NCBI GenBank assembly: GCA_041489255.1 | Contig: JBGPQV010000012.1 | Span: forward strand, 1 to 64,000 | DNA length: 64,000 bases | Source of the DNA: Thermoplasmata archaeon | GTDB lineage: Archaea > Thermoplasmatota > Thermoplasmata > RBG-16-68-12 > JAFNFQ01 | Direction: 5' to 3' | Part shown: piece by piece, positions 56,043 to 64,000 of the stretch | How the letters are laid out: each line of letters opens with the position of its first letter | Position numbering within the stretch: position 1 is the stretch's first letter | Made by a program: the position numbers and the translations under genes | The notes under the pieces: model-generated | The model's input: only the letters and a program-made list of their open reading frames with translations | Database searches by the model: none | What the model was told of the DNA's origin: nothing

Positions 56043-56414
56043 TTGGCGTCGGCTGTTGGGGAGCTCAAGAGGTTATTGGCGGAGTTCAACTCCCGATACG
56101 GAGCCTCCATGTCTGCGATAGTCTCGCGCAGTGGCATACCGATCGCGTGGGTCACTCCTCAGGGCACTCCGATGGAGAACTTCGCAGCGCTCTCCGCGAC
56201 ACTCCTTGGTGCGTCCGAGGTCATCTACTCTGGGGTCAACAAGCCCCCGCCGAACAGAGTCGTCGTTGAGTCGAACGATGGCATCCTGGTGGTCGCCGGC
56301 CTCGGCCAGAAGGCCTTCGTGGTCGCGATGTTCCAAACAAATGCCCCGGAGATCTTCGAGGGCATCGAGAAGATCAGCGCGGCGATCATGGATGTCCTGA
56401 AGGGACCGGGCTGA
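56043..56414 (+). CDS. Roadblock/LC7 domain protein
   Basis: SAIVSRSGIPI, FAALSATLLGASE and VVVES..G.LVV. Confidence 0.85.
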   Translation: MASAVGELKRLLAEFNSRYGASMSAIVSRSGIPIAWVTPQGTPMENFAALSATLLGASEVIYSGVNKPPPNRVVVESNDGILVVAGLGQKAFVVAMFQTNAPEIFEGIEKISAAIMDVLKGPG

Positions 56415-56548
56415 GCGTCTCTGGCCCCTTCCCATCCCGCGATCTTTCGCGAAGCTTCTTCAGCGCGCATCCGCTGACTACCGGGGAGAGGAATTAGATT
56501 CGAAGAATCTCAATGGAGGCGGGAAAGGTGTTCAGGGCATCAAGGAAG

Positions 56549-57193
56549 ATGAAGCTCGCCGCGCTGATCCTCGGGATTCTGTCGTTCGCGATGCTGACGG
56601 GGGTGAATGCGAATAGCACCGGGAAGATCGGTCAGTCGCAGTCCGGAGCGACGTGCCACAACCCGACGCCCGATTCGGGCGTGTCCGTCGTGGTTTCAGG
56701 GATTCCGTCAACTTACCAGCCGGGCACCTCGTACCCCCTCGCAATCTATGTCTCGGGCAGTCCGGGCACAGGAGGCGGCTTCGACCTCTCCGTCACCCGT
56801 GGGACGCTCTCGACAACCGATTCGAACGTCCAAGTCGTCAGCGGTGAGGCGACATACACGAATCCGAATGCTCGCTCATGGTCGGTGAACTGGCTGGCAC
56901 CTCCGACGGGGTCCGGGACGGCCACCTTCCACGCGGCGGTCCTCGCCGCGAACGTTGACGGCTCGAGTGCGGGGGATGCGTGGAACACGAACTCCTACTC
57001 GTCCGGCGAGCACACGGGCGGCGGTGGAGGTCCGACCGGGACGGGGACGACCGGGACCGACTGGTTCCCGATGGCGTTCGCAGCCGTCGTGATCCTTGCA
57101 GTCGTCATGGTCGTCGTCCTGGCGCTCCGCGGGCGGAGTCGGGCGAAGGAGGAGCAGAAGGGCAGGCGGAGGAAGAGGGCTCAGAAGAAGTAG
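56549..57193 (+). CDS. Reeler-like (choice-of-anchor V-like) membrane-anchored surface protein
   Basis: Signal peptide, NSTG..GATCH, GIP..YQPG..Y, GGFDL, W.AP..GSG.ATF..A..AN..G...GD.W, then TM and basic tail. Confidence 0.75.
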   Translation: MKLAALILGILSFAMLTGVNANSTGKIGQSQSGATCHNPTPDSGVSVVVSGIPSTYQPGTSYPLAIYVSGSPGTGGGFDLSVTRGTLSTTDSNVQVVSGEATYTNPNARSWSVNWLAPPTGSGTATFHAAVLAANVDGSSAGDAWNTNSYSSGEHTGGGGGPTGTGTTGTDWFPMAFAAVVILAVVMVVVLALRGRSRAKEEQKGRRRKRAQKK

Positions 57194-57418
57194 ATCCTCA
57201 TCCACGCAACAGCGGCACTCGCTCCTCTCGATTGTTGAACACTTTTCGAACAATCTGCGTATTGTATATACGGGGGTTTGAAATCAGACGCGCGGCAGCT
57301 TGGCCTGCGATGGGGCGCGGGAACGCGGGGTCGTTGCCGACCTGAAGTCCATACGGACAATCGCGGATTCCCTCCGCGAACCGCCCGTTGTCCGCCGCCG
57401 ATCTGGAAGGAACTCGCG

Positions 57419-60400
57419 ATGAAGAGCAAGAAGACCGTTGTGAGATTGCTGGCCCTGCTACTGGGATGCGTCATCCTCGTCACGGTGGTCGAGGTGAACG
57501 CGAGATCCGGCGGGGTGAGCGGATACTCGCAAATCGGTGCGGATTGCCATTCAGGTAGCCCAGATCCGACCGTGACCGTGACGATGACGGGAGTCCCCCC
57601 GAGCTACACACCGCTGTCGAACCATGTCCTCCAGGTCACGGTGACGGGAGGTCCCGCGACGACGGCAGGGGGATTCGACCTATCGGTGACCGCTGGCACC
57701 CTCACGACGACCGACGCCAACGCCAGGATTACGAACGGCGAGGCGACTAATTCCAACGGCAATGTCCGTTCTTGGCAGGTCAACTGGCAAGCCCCTGCTG
57801 CGGGCACGGGGACGGTCACCTTCTACGTCGCTGGCCTGGCCTCGAACGACAACGGGGGGACCTCAGGCGACGGCTGGAACACCGCAAGCTACACATCCAA
57901 TGAAGCCTCCGGCAACCAGCGTCCTGTCATCTCGGTGACCAGCCCAACGGGGGCGCAGGACTGGACCGGCAGCACATCGCACACGATCACCTGGACGATG
58001 ACCGACGACACCACGCCCAATGCGAACCTCAAGGTCTACCTCAACTACACATCTGGCGCAGGCTCCGGAACGATAGCCGGCCCCCTGACTGGGGCGACCT
58101 CGTTCGCATGGCTAGTTCCCGCAATCGATGCAGTGGACGCGCGGGTGAATGCGACGGTCATAGACGCCAGCGGACTGAAGGGATTCAATCAAGTCCTCGT
58201 CCCCAAGATAGATTCGACCAGACCCACGGTTTCCTCGGCGTCTCCCATCGGGACGACCGTCCCCCTGAACGCACCGATCGTCATCGATTTCTCGGAGCAG
58301 ATGAGCAGGGCAGCTACCCAGGCCGCGCTGTCGCTCGCACCTGACCCGGGCGGGTGGACATACGCATGGTCCCAGAGAGTCGTCCCGGACGATACCCTCA
58401 CCGCGAGCCACACGGGATTCACGAGCGCGACCGTGTACACGGCGACGCTTGCAGTCGGGGCCAAGGATTCCTCGGACACCGGAAACTTCCTCGCAATCCC
58501 ATACTCATGGAGCTTCACAACCATTGCCGGCAATTCCCCGCCAAGCATCGCGTTCTCCCTTCCCGCCGGCGGCGAGAGCTGGACCGGAGGATCCGTTCAC
58601 AACATCGCTTTCACCGCGAACGACGTCGAGGACGCCGCCGCGAGCCTCAAGGTCTGGGTCAACTACTCGATCACCGGAGGCGCGCCGTTCAACCGCCAGG
58701 TTGCGGGTCTCCAGGGCGCATCGGGCGCATCGAGCCCGTACGCTTGGACGGTTCCCCTGGAGAATAGCGCCTCCGTCATGCTGAACGCGACCGTCATCGA
58801 CACAGGCCGCGCGCAAGGATACGCGAACAGCCCGTTGTTCGAGATCGACTCGACGCCGCCGACCGTCCAGCTGGTCAGCCCTGCATCCGGAGCGATCGGT
58901 GTCCCGACTAACGCCAACATCGTCGTGACATGGTCCGAGGCGATGAACACCGCCGCGACCGAAGGTGCTTTCTCGCTCAAGGACACGGTCACGTGGACGA
59001 GCGTGGCTGGCGCGTTCTCTTGGGCGGGGAACCTCATGACGTTCAATCCCACAGCTCTGCTGATCGCAGGCAGGCAATACTCCGCGAACATCACCGTCGC
59101 TGCAAAGGACGACTCCCTGTCGGGCAACGGCCTCGCGGCGCTCTATATGTGGACGTTCACCACCGCAACGGGCACAGACGCGGAGAAGCCGCAGCTGCGC
59201 TCGATAACGGTGATTCCGAATCCGCAAGAGGTCTTCCTGGCGGTCAACGTCTCCCTCGAGGTGCAGGACAACGTGGCGGTTGGAGAGGTCTGGCTCAACG
59301 TCACCGACCCCCTCGGCGGTCGCTCGAACGCCACAATGGGCTTCGACACGGTGGAAACCCGGTACTTCCTCGAGAGGAACTACAACATCGTCGGCCTGCA
59401 CACTGTGGTCGTGTGGGGCTCGGACACGAGCGGCAACTGGGACTTCGCGACGACGCAGTTCATGATTCAGGACAGCACGCCGCCAACAGTCTCCGATCCG
59501 ACCGCGGTGCCCGACCCCGTGAGCGTGTTGTCGACAACGAACCTGTCGGCAATCGCTTCTGACAACTACATGCTCCTCGGAGTCTGGGTGAGGATAACGG
59601 CTCCTGACCTCACATCGACGAACCAGTCGATGTCGCCCGGTCCGAGGTATTACTTCAACTATGTCCCGACCCAGCTCGGCACCTACGTTTTCTTGGTCTC
59701 GGCTTCAGACACCAGCGACCACTGGGCATCGGCGAGCAGCACGTTCGAGTCGGTGGACAACACCCCGCCGGTCGCGGACGCGGGACCCGACCAGACGATT
59801 TACGTCGGCGACACCGCCAACTTCGACGGCACCGGTTCAACGGACAACGTCGGAATCGACAGCTACGCATGGACGTTCAACGACAACGGACTCGTCACGT
59901 TGAGCGGCGCGCACGCATCGCACGTCTTCAACCAGGCTGGCGACTTCGTCGTGACGCTCACGGTCGAAGACGATTCGGATTTACAGGACACCGACACGAT
60001 GATCGTGCACGTCCTTACGGGAACGGACCAGCCGCCTGCGGCGCCACTGAACCTAGTTGTTCAATCCGCGGGCTCGGATGCGCTTCGCCTCACTTGGAAC
60101 GCGAACACGGAGCCGGACCTCGCGGGCTACAAGGTCTACAGGTCGCTGACACAGGGCGGACCGTACACGCTCCTGAATCCGGCCGCGCTCGTCACCGCGA
60201 CGACCTACCTCGATTCTGACCTCGACGGCGGGCACACCTACTACTACGTTGTCACCGCAGTGGACAACGGCGGGCACGAGTCGGCCACGTCGAACGAGGC
60301 GTCTGGCTACATCGCGCCGGAGACGGACGATGGCACAGGCACGACGGCGCAAGCGACACCCATAGATTGGAAGTGGGCGCTGATACCTGCCGCGGGCTTC

Positions 60401-60508
60401 TCGGTGCTCGTCCTCCTGGTGGCGCTCCTCCTCCACGGAAAGAAGAAAGGTGATAAGGAGGCAGAGGATTCGCCCTCCGAGGCGGCGACTCAGAGGGAGA
60501 ACAAGTGA
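57419..60508 (+). CDS. Reeler-like domain plus Big_5-like, Ig-like, PKD and FN3 domains, with TM anchor
   Basis: N-domain is paralogous to 56549 (GADCH); other modules are shared with the 19063 and 36557 proteins; C-terminal TM followed by KKK. Confidence 0.85.
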   Translation: MKSKKTVVRLLALLLGCVILVTVVEVNARSGGVSGYSQIGADCHSGSPDPTVTVTMTGVPPSYTPLSNHVLQVTVTGGPATTAGGFDLSVTAGTLTTTDANARITNGEATNSNGNVRSWQVNWQAPAAGTGTVTFYVAGLASNDNGGTSGDGWNTASYTSNEASGNQRPVISVTSPTGAQDWTGSTSHTITWTMTDDTTPNANLKVYLNYTSGAGSGTIAGPLTGATSFAWLVPAIDAVDARVNATVIDASGLKGFNQVLVPKIDSTRPTVSSASPIGTTVPLNAPIVIDFSEQMSRAATQAALSLAPDPGGWTYAWSQRVVPDDTLTASHTGFTSATVYTATLAVGAKDSSDTGNFLAIPYSWSFTTIAGNSPPSIAFSLPAGGESWTGGSVHNIAFTANDVEDAAASLKVWVNYSITGGAPFNRQVAGLQGASGASSPYAWTVPLENSASVMLNATVIDTGRAQGYANSPLFEIDSTPPTVQLVSPASGAIGVPTNANIVVTWSEAMNTAATEGAFSLKDTVTWTSVAGAFSWAGNLMTFNPTALLIAGRQYSANITVAAKDDSLSGNGLAALYMWTFTTATGTDAEKPQLRSITVIPNPQEVFLAVNVSLEVQDNVAVGEVWLNVTDPLGGRSNATMGFDTVETRYFLERNYNIVGLHTVVVWGSDTSGNWDFATTQFMIQDSTPPTVSDPTAVPDPVSVLSTTNLSAIASDNYMLLGVWVRITAPDLTSTNQSMSPGPRYYFNYVPTQLGTYVFLVSASDTSDHWASASSTFESVDNTPPVADAGPDQTIYVGDTANFDGTGSTDNVGIDSYAWTFNDNGLVTLSGAHASHVFNQAGDFVVTLTVEDDSDLQDTDTMIVHVLTGTDQPPAAPLNLVVQSAGSDALRLTWNANTEPDLAGYKVYRSLTQGGPYTLLNPAALVTATTYLDSDLDGGHTYYYVVTAVDNGGHESATSNEASGYIAPETDDGTGTTAQATPIDWKWALIPAAGFSVLVLLVALLLHGKKKGDKEAEDSPSEAATQRENK

Positions 60509-61461
60509 GGAAGAGGGCACTAATCGCGGCGTCCGCGGCGATGTGGGCTGTCATTCTCGTCGCCGCAGGGACCGGGTTCGGCTTCTCAGGCGGTGCTGGA
60601 GATGCGAACGAGGAGTACGACTCCGGCGGCTCGTGCCACGGCACGCTGGGCACAGGCAGCATCACGGGGACCGCCAGCACGCTGTCACCGACCGTCGGCC
60701 AATCGATCACAGTGACCATCACCGTGATTGCCAACGAGCTGTCAGCTGCGAACATGCTAGGCGTCTTCCTCGTGCGCGCCCTGCAGACAACCAACAGTCA
60801 GCCCAGCGTTGATGGCTGGGTGATACTGAGTGACCCCAACGGCCACCAGTTCAACTATGTGGAGAAGACCGCATCAGGAGTCGGCTCCCCCGTCGATTTC
60901 ATGTGGAGCCTGAAGGCTCCGACGACGACCGGCACTTACCACTTGTACGCCCGCACCCACCATGGCGGTGGCTCTGAATACTACATGGACTTCATGACCG
61001 GCCTGACTTTCACCGTGGTTCCTGCCGTGGCGGGGAGACCCGAGATCGACCACCAGCCTCCGACTGAGGTGCGGCCCGGAGCGCAAATCGCGATCAGCGC
61101 GATCTTAGTAAATGCGACGAGCGCAGACCTGACTTGGAAGAGCACCTCGATGGCATCGCCGCTCACGGTCTCGATGACGAACACGTCCACGCCGTCAGGG
61201 CGAGGCTGGGTCTACACGGCGACGATTCCCGCGCAGCCCGGTCCGACCAGGATAGACTACGCCATCAACGCCACTGGTTCCGGCGGCTCGTTCGAATCGA
61301 CGTACACGGTCAGCGTGACTGAGCCGACAACGACTCAGGGCTTCACCCAGGACGAGCAGATTGCCTGGCTGCTCACGCTGGCCGCGGTCATGACGATTGT
61401 CGCGGGCATCATCGCGGTCTCCTACATGGTGTTCAAGCAGAGACTCAAGAAGGGGACCTAG
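60505..61461 (+). CDS. Divergent reeler-like surface protein with Ig-like domain and TM anchor
   Basis: GTGA overlap with the upstream stop; FSGG...GGSCH; W.LKAP...GTY.LYA; C-terminal TM. Confidence 0.7.
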   Translation: MRKRALIAASAAMWAVILVAAGTGFGFSGGAGDANEEYDSGGSCHGTLGTGSITGTASTLSPTVGQSITVTITVIANELSAANMLGVFLVRALQTTNSQPSVDGWVILSDPNGHQFNYVEKTASGVGSPVDFMWSLKAPTTTGTYHLYARTHHGGGSEYYMDFMTGLTFTVVPAVAGRPEIDHQPPTEVRPGAQIAISAILVNATSADLTWKSTSMASPLTVSMTNTSTPSGRGWVYTATIPAQPGPTRIDYAINATGSGGSFESTYTVSVTEPTTTQGFTQDEQIAWLLTLAAVMTIVAGIIAVSYMVFKQRLKKGT

Positions 61462-61478
61462 CCAGACTGCTGATTGCG

Positions 61479-62141
61479 ATGAACCGGGCCACGACGATCT
61501 ACGAGTTGCTTCTGGAGCGCTTCGGTCCGCAGCACTGGTGGCCCGCCGAGACGCCGTTCGAGGTGATCGTCGGAGCCCTCCTGATGCCGCAGACCTCATG
61601 GAAGAATGTCGAGGCCGCGATACGCAATCTGAAGGAGGCGCGGATGCTCGCCCCCGCCAAGATCGCCACCGCATCGATCGCGAGGCTCACTTCCCTCATC
61701 AGGCCGGCTGGCCTCCACATGACGAAGCCGAGGAGGCTGAGGGAGTTCTGCCGTCACATCATGAGGACGAGCGGCGGGGATGTGAGATCATTCCTCGGTC
61801 GAGACAAGGCTTCGCTCCGCCACGAGTTGCTTTCCCTCGAAGGCGTCGGACCGGAGACGGCGGATTCGATGCTCCTCTACGCGGCGAACAAGAAGACATT
61901 CGTCGTCGACGCTTACACGAGGCGGGTCGGCAAGCGTGTCGGTCTCTTCGATTTCGACGACTACGGCAAGGTCCAGGGTTACTTCGAGGACAACGTTGCT
62001 GGGGGAGTGAGGCTCTATCAGGAATACCACGCGCTGATTGTCGAGCTCGCGAAAAGAATCTGCAGGCCCCAGCCTCTCTGCGACCTCTGCCCGTTGAACA
62101 AGGTCTGCAACCACGCGAAGCGGTCTTCGGGAAAGCGCTGA
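61479..62141 (+). CDS. Endonuclease III-related HhH-GPD protein with 4Fe-4S cluster
   Basis: GPQHWWP, FEVIVGA.L..QTSWKNVE, GVGPETADS, FVVDAYT and C-x6-C-x2-C-x5-C. Confidence 0.88.
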   Translation: MNRATTIYELLLERFGPQHWWPAETPFEVIVGALLMPQTSWKNVEAAIRNLKEARMLAPAKIATASIARLTSLIRPAGLHMTKPRRLREFCRHIMRTSGGDVRSFLGRDKASLRHELLSLEGVGPETADSMLLYAANKKTFVVDAYTRRVGKRVGLFDFDDYGKVQGYFEDNVAGGVRLYQEYHALIVELAKRICRPQPLCDLCPLNKVCNHAKRSSGKR

Positions 62142-62271
62142 GATTCAGAACCGCCGCACGGATTCCTGTTATCAGTTACCGAAACATGCGGGGCTGATTG
62201 TCCAGCAGCCTCCAAAAAGCCAATTACCGGATTGTACAGCCCGAGTTCACTCTACAAAAGTATATCCATCG

Positions 62272-62306
62272 TTTTGACAAGTTGCGAAATTCGCAACTTG
62301 TCAAAA
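62272..62306. repeat. Perfect 17-bp inverted repeat (35-bp palindrome), candidate operator
   Basis: TTTTGACAAGTTGCGAA-a-TTCGCAACTTGTCAAAA, just upstream of CTAAATA and the next gene. Confidence 0.85.
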
Positions 62307-62363
62307 AGTCGCTCTAAATACCATTATCCATTTTCACCGTATTATGGGTCGTTGGAGAAAACT

Positions 62364-64000
62364 ATGAACAGCTGCACGATCGGCAACAGGGTGCTGATAC
62401 ACCTGTCGTGTCTGTCGCGGCACCGAGAGGACTTCGTGTGCCCGCCGGACATGACCCAGGACGGGATTGCGTCGAGGCTCGGCATCAGCCGCGCTCATGT
62501 CGCGCTCGAGCTGAAGAGGCTGGAGAAGCGCAGCCAGGTCGAGTACAGGCTGGCGCATGTGGTCAGGGCGAAGTCCAGGAGGAAGGTGTATTCGCTCACA
62601 AGGGCGGGCGACGAGATTGCGGGCGAACTGAAGGACGCGGCTAGGCGCAAGACCGTCAGGCTGCTCGACCACAACGGCGGAACCATGTGCCTCGGCACCG
62701 ATGCGCTGAAGGTGCTGTGCTCTTCGGGTTACAGCGAAAGCGAGGCTTTCATCAAGATACTCACGACTGAGACGATGACGATCGAGGGCGGTCGCAGGAA
62801 CGGCAACGAGTCCCCGGTGAACACGGACCTAATCGGGCGGGGGCAGGAGCTAGAGAGGCTGAACAGGTGGCTTCGTTCCCCCGGCAAGGCGGTCTGCGTG
62901 CTCGCAGGTGCGGATGGCACCGGAAAGAGCTCGCTCGCCGCCTCGCTCGCCTCGTCGTTCGACGGCATCTCGGTCATGCGGCCCGTGAGGCCGATGCAGT
63001 CCGTCAGGTCGGTCCTGTCGGGAATCGCCTCGATCCTCGCGGCGAAGGGCAAGCGCAAGCTCCAGGTCATGCTCGGGAGAGACGACTTCGACCCGCGCGA
63101 GGCTGTGCTGGCGCTCGCGGAGGAGATGGCGGGCGGGCTGCTCGTCCTGGACGATGCACACAACTCCTCGGAGTTCGAGGACTTCGCCGGCCTGTTCATG
63201 TCGATGAACGACTGGCCCCTCAAGGTCCTCGTGATCAGCAGGAGGAAGCCGGGGTTCTGCCAGAGATGGGCCGACACTTTCCAGAGGCCTTACGAGGATG
63301 TCCCGGTGGCGGGGCTCGACCTCGAGTCCGCGCGCAAGCTGGTCGCCATGCACGCGAAAGCGATGACGGACGGGGGAGTGAGCGCCGCGCACGCGGCAAC
63401 CCAAGGCAGACCTCTCGATCTGATTTTGCTGGCGGAATTGGGCTGGTCGTTCGACATTGCGGAAGTCCCGACAATCGCGGCACTCGTCCGCTCGCGCATG
63501 ACGGAAGAGGAGATGGACACCCTGCGAATCGCGGCGGTTGTCCGCACGTCTTTTGATCCGGCGCTACTGGCACTCACGCTGGCCCAGGAGTCCCTGCTCA
63601 GCCGCAAGTCGCTCTTCCAGTCCGATGATGGACGATTCATGCTTCACGAGACTCTCAGGAACCTCGTTGTGGAGGGAATGGGGGTGGAGGAGAGGTGGCA
63701 GGCGCACCTCAGGGCGGGGGCCCTCGAAGAGGCGCGTGGAGACTTCGTCAGGGCGGCGTCGCACTACATAGACGCCGGCCTGGGTGACAAGGCGGCGGAC
63801 TTGCTGTCCAGCATGGACCCGTCCGGCGCCAAGGACTCTGCCGTCGAGCTTCTCTGCATCCTCAGGGCGATTGGCGACGACAGGAGGCTCGAGACGCTGC
63901 GCGGGAAGACGGTGGAGAGCCTCGGGCGGCTGGACGAGGCAAGGCTCTGCTACGAGAGGGCGGCGGGAGCAATGGGCGGTCTCTCCCCGTATTCCCTTCT
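62364..64000 (+). CDS. wHTH - P-loop ATPase (STAND-like) - TPR regulator, truncated by the window end (absent from the ORF track)
   Basis: MTQDGIASRLGISRAHVALELKRL..RRKVYSLT wHTH; LIGRGQEL; Walker A GADGTGKS; Walker B LLVLDDAH; TPR-like end. Confidence 0.85.
   Translation, partial: MNSCTIGNRVLIHLSCLSRHREDFVCPPDMTQDGIASRLGISRAHVALELKRLEKRSQVEYRLAHVVRAKSRRKVYSLTRAGDEIAGELKDAARRKTVRLLDHNGGTMCLGTDALKVLCSSGYSESEAFIKILTTETMTIEGGRRNGNESPVNTDLIGRGQELERLNRWLRSPGKAVCVLAGADGTGKSSLAASLASSFDGISVMRPVRPMQSVRSVLSGIASILAAKGKRKLQVMLGRDDFDPREAVLALAEEMAGGLLVLDDAHNSSEFEDFAGLFMSMNDWPLKVLVISRRKPGFCQRWADTFQRPYEDVPVAGLDLESARKLVAMHAKAMTDGGVSAAHAATQGRPLDLILLAELGWSFDIAEVPTIAALVRSRMTEEEMDTLRIAAVVRTSFDPALLALTLAQESLLSRKSLFQSDDGRFMLHETLRNLVVEGMGVEERWQAHLRAGALEEARGDFVRAASHYIDAGLGDKAADLLSSMDPSGAKDSAVELLCILRAIGDDRRLETLRGKTVESLGRLDEARLCYERAAGAMGGLSPYSL

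Noticed and set aside
28084-60794. Many long antisense or alternate-frame ORFs (e.g. 33012-34916, 30652-31773, 53950-54981)
   Set aside because: They are Arg/Gly-rich shadows of high-GC3 genes with no recognisable motifs.

Overview
Archaeal DNA, most likely Thermoplasmatota (inferred from the SRP RNA type, archaeal NAC, TATA/SD signals and gene families). (1) 1-~18.9 kb is visibly lower in GC. It begins with the right end of an IS3-like element and carries surface-glycan and membrane genes: glycosyltransferases, a flippase, a deacetylase, a beta-helix protein, a B12 radical SAM enzyme and a LolD/FtsX-type ABC system. (2) 19-26.5 kb holds a giant modular surface protein and a DUF1616/CPBP-protease/small-membrane-protein module. 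(3) The SRP (7S) RNA gene lies at ~27.2-27.5 kb. (4) 27.6-51.8 kb contains two blocks bounded by three direct copies of the nac 3' end: a 22-kb block of five giant surface-protein genes and a 2-kb AbiEi/AbiEii toxin-antitoxin block. (5) 52-64 kb contains nac, a nucleotidyltransferase, thiL, an AmmeMemoRadiSam enzyme, a degenerate M29 peptidase, a roadblock protein, three reeler-like surface proteins with single-Cys xCH motifs, an EndoIII-like glycosylase and a wHTH-ATPase truncated by the window end. The main unexpected signals are the nac 3' end acting as an apparent serial insertion site with no integrase in the window, a candidate dock-and-scaffold surface protein system, several SD-supported ACG/ATT/CTG start codons, and degenerate heme-motif reeler paralogs. 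All family calls come from motif recognition by eye, not from database searches.
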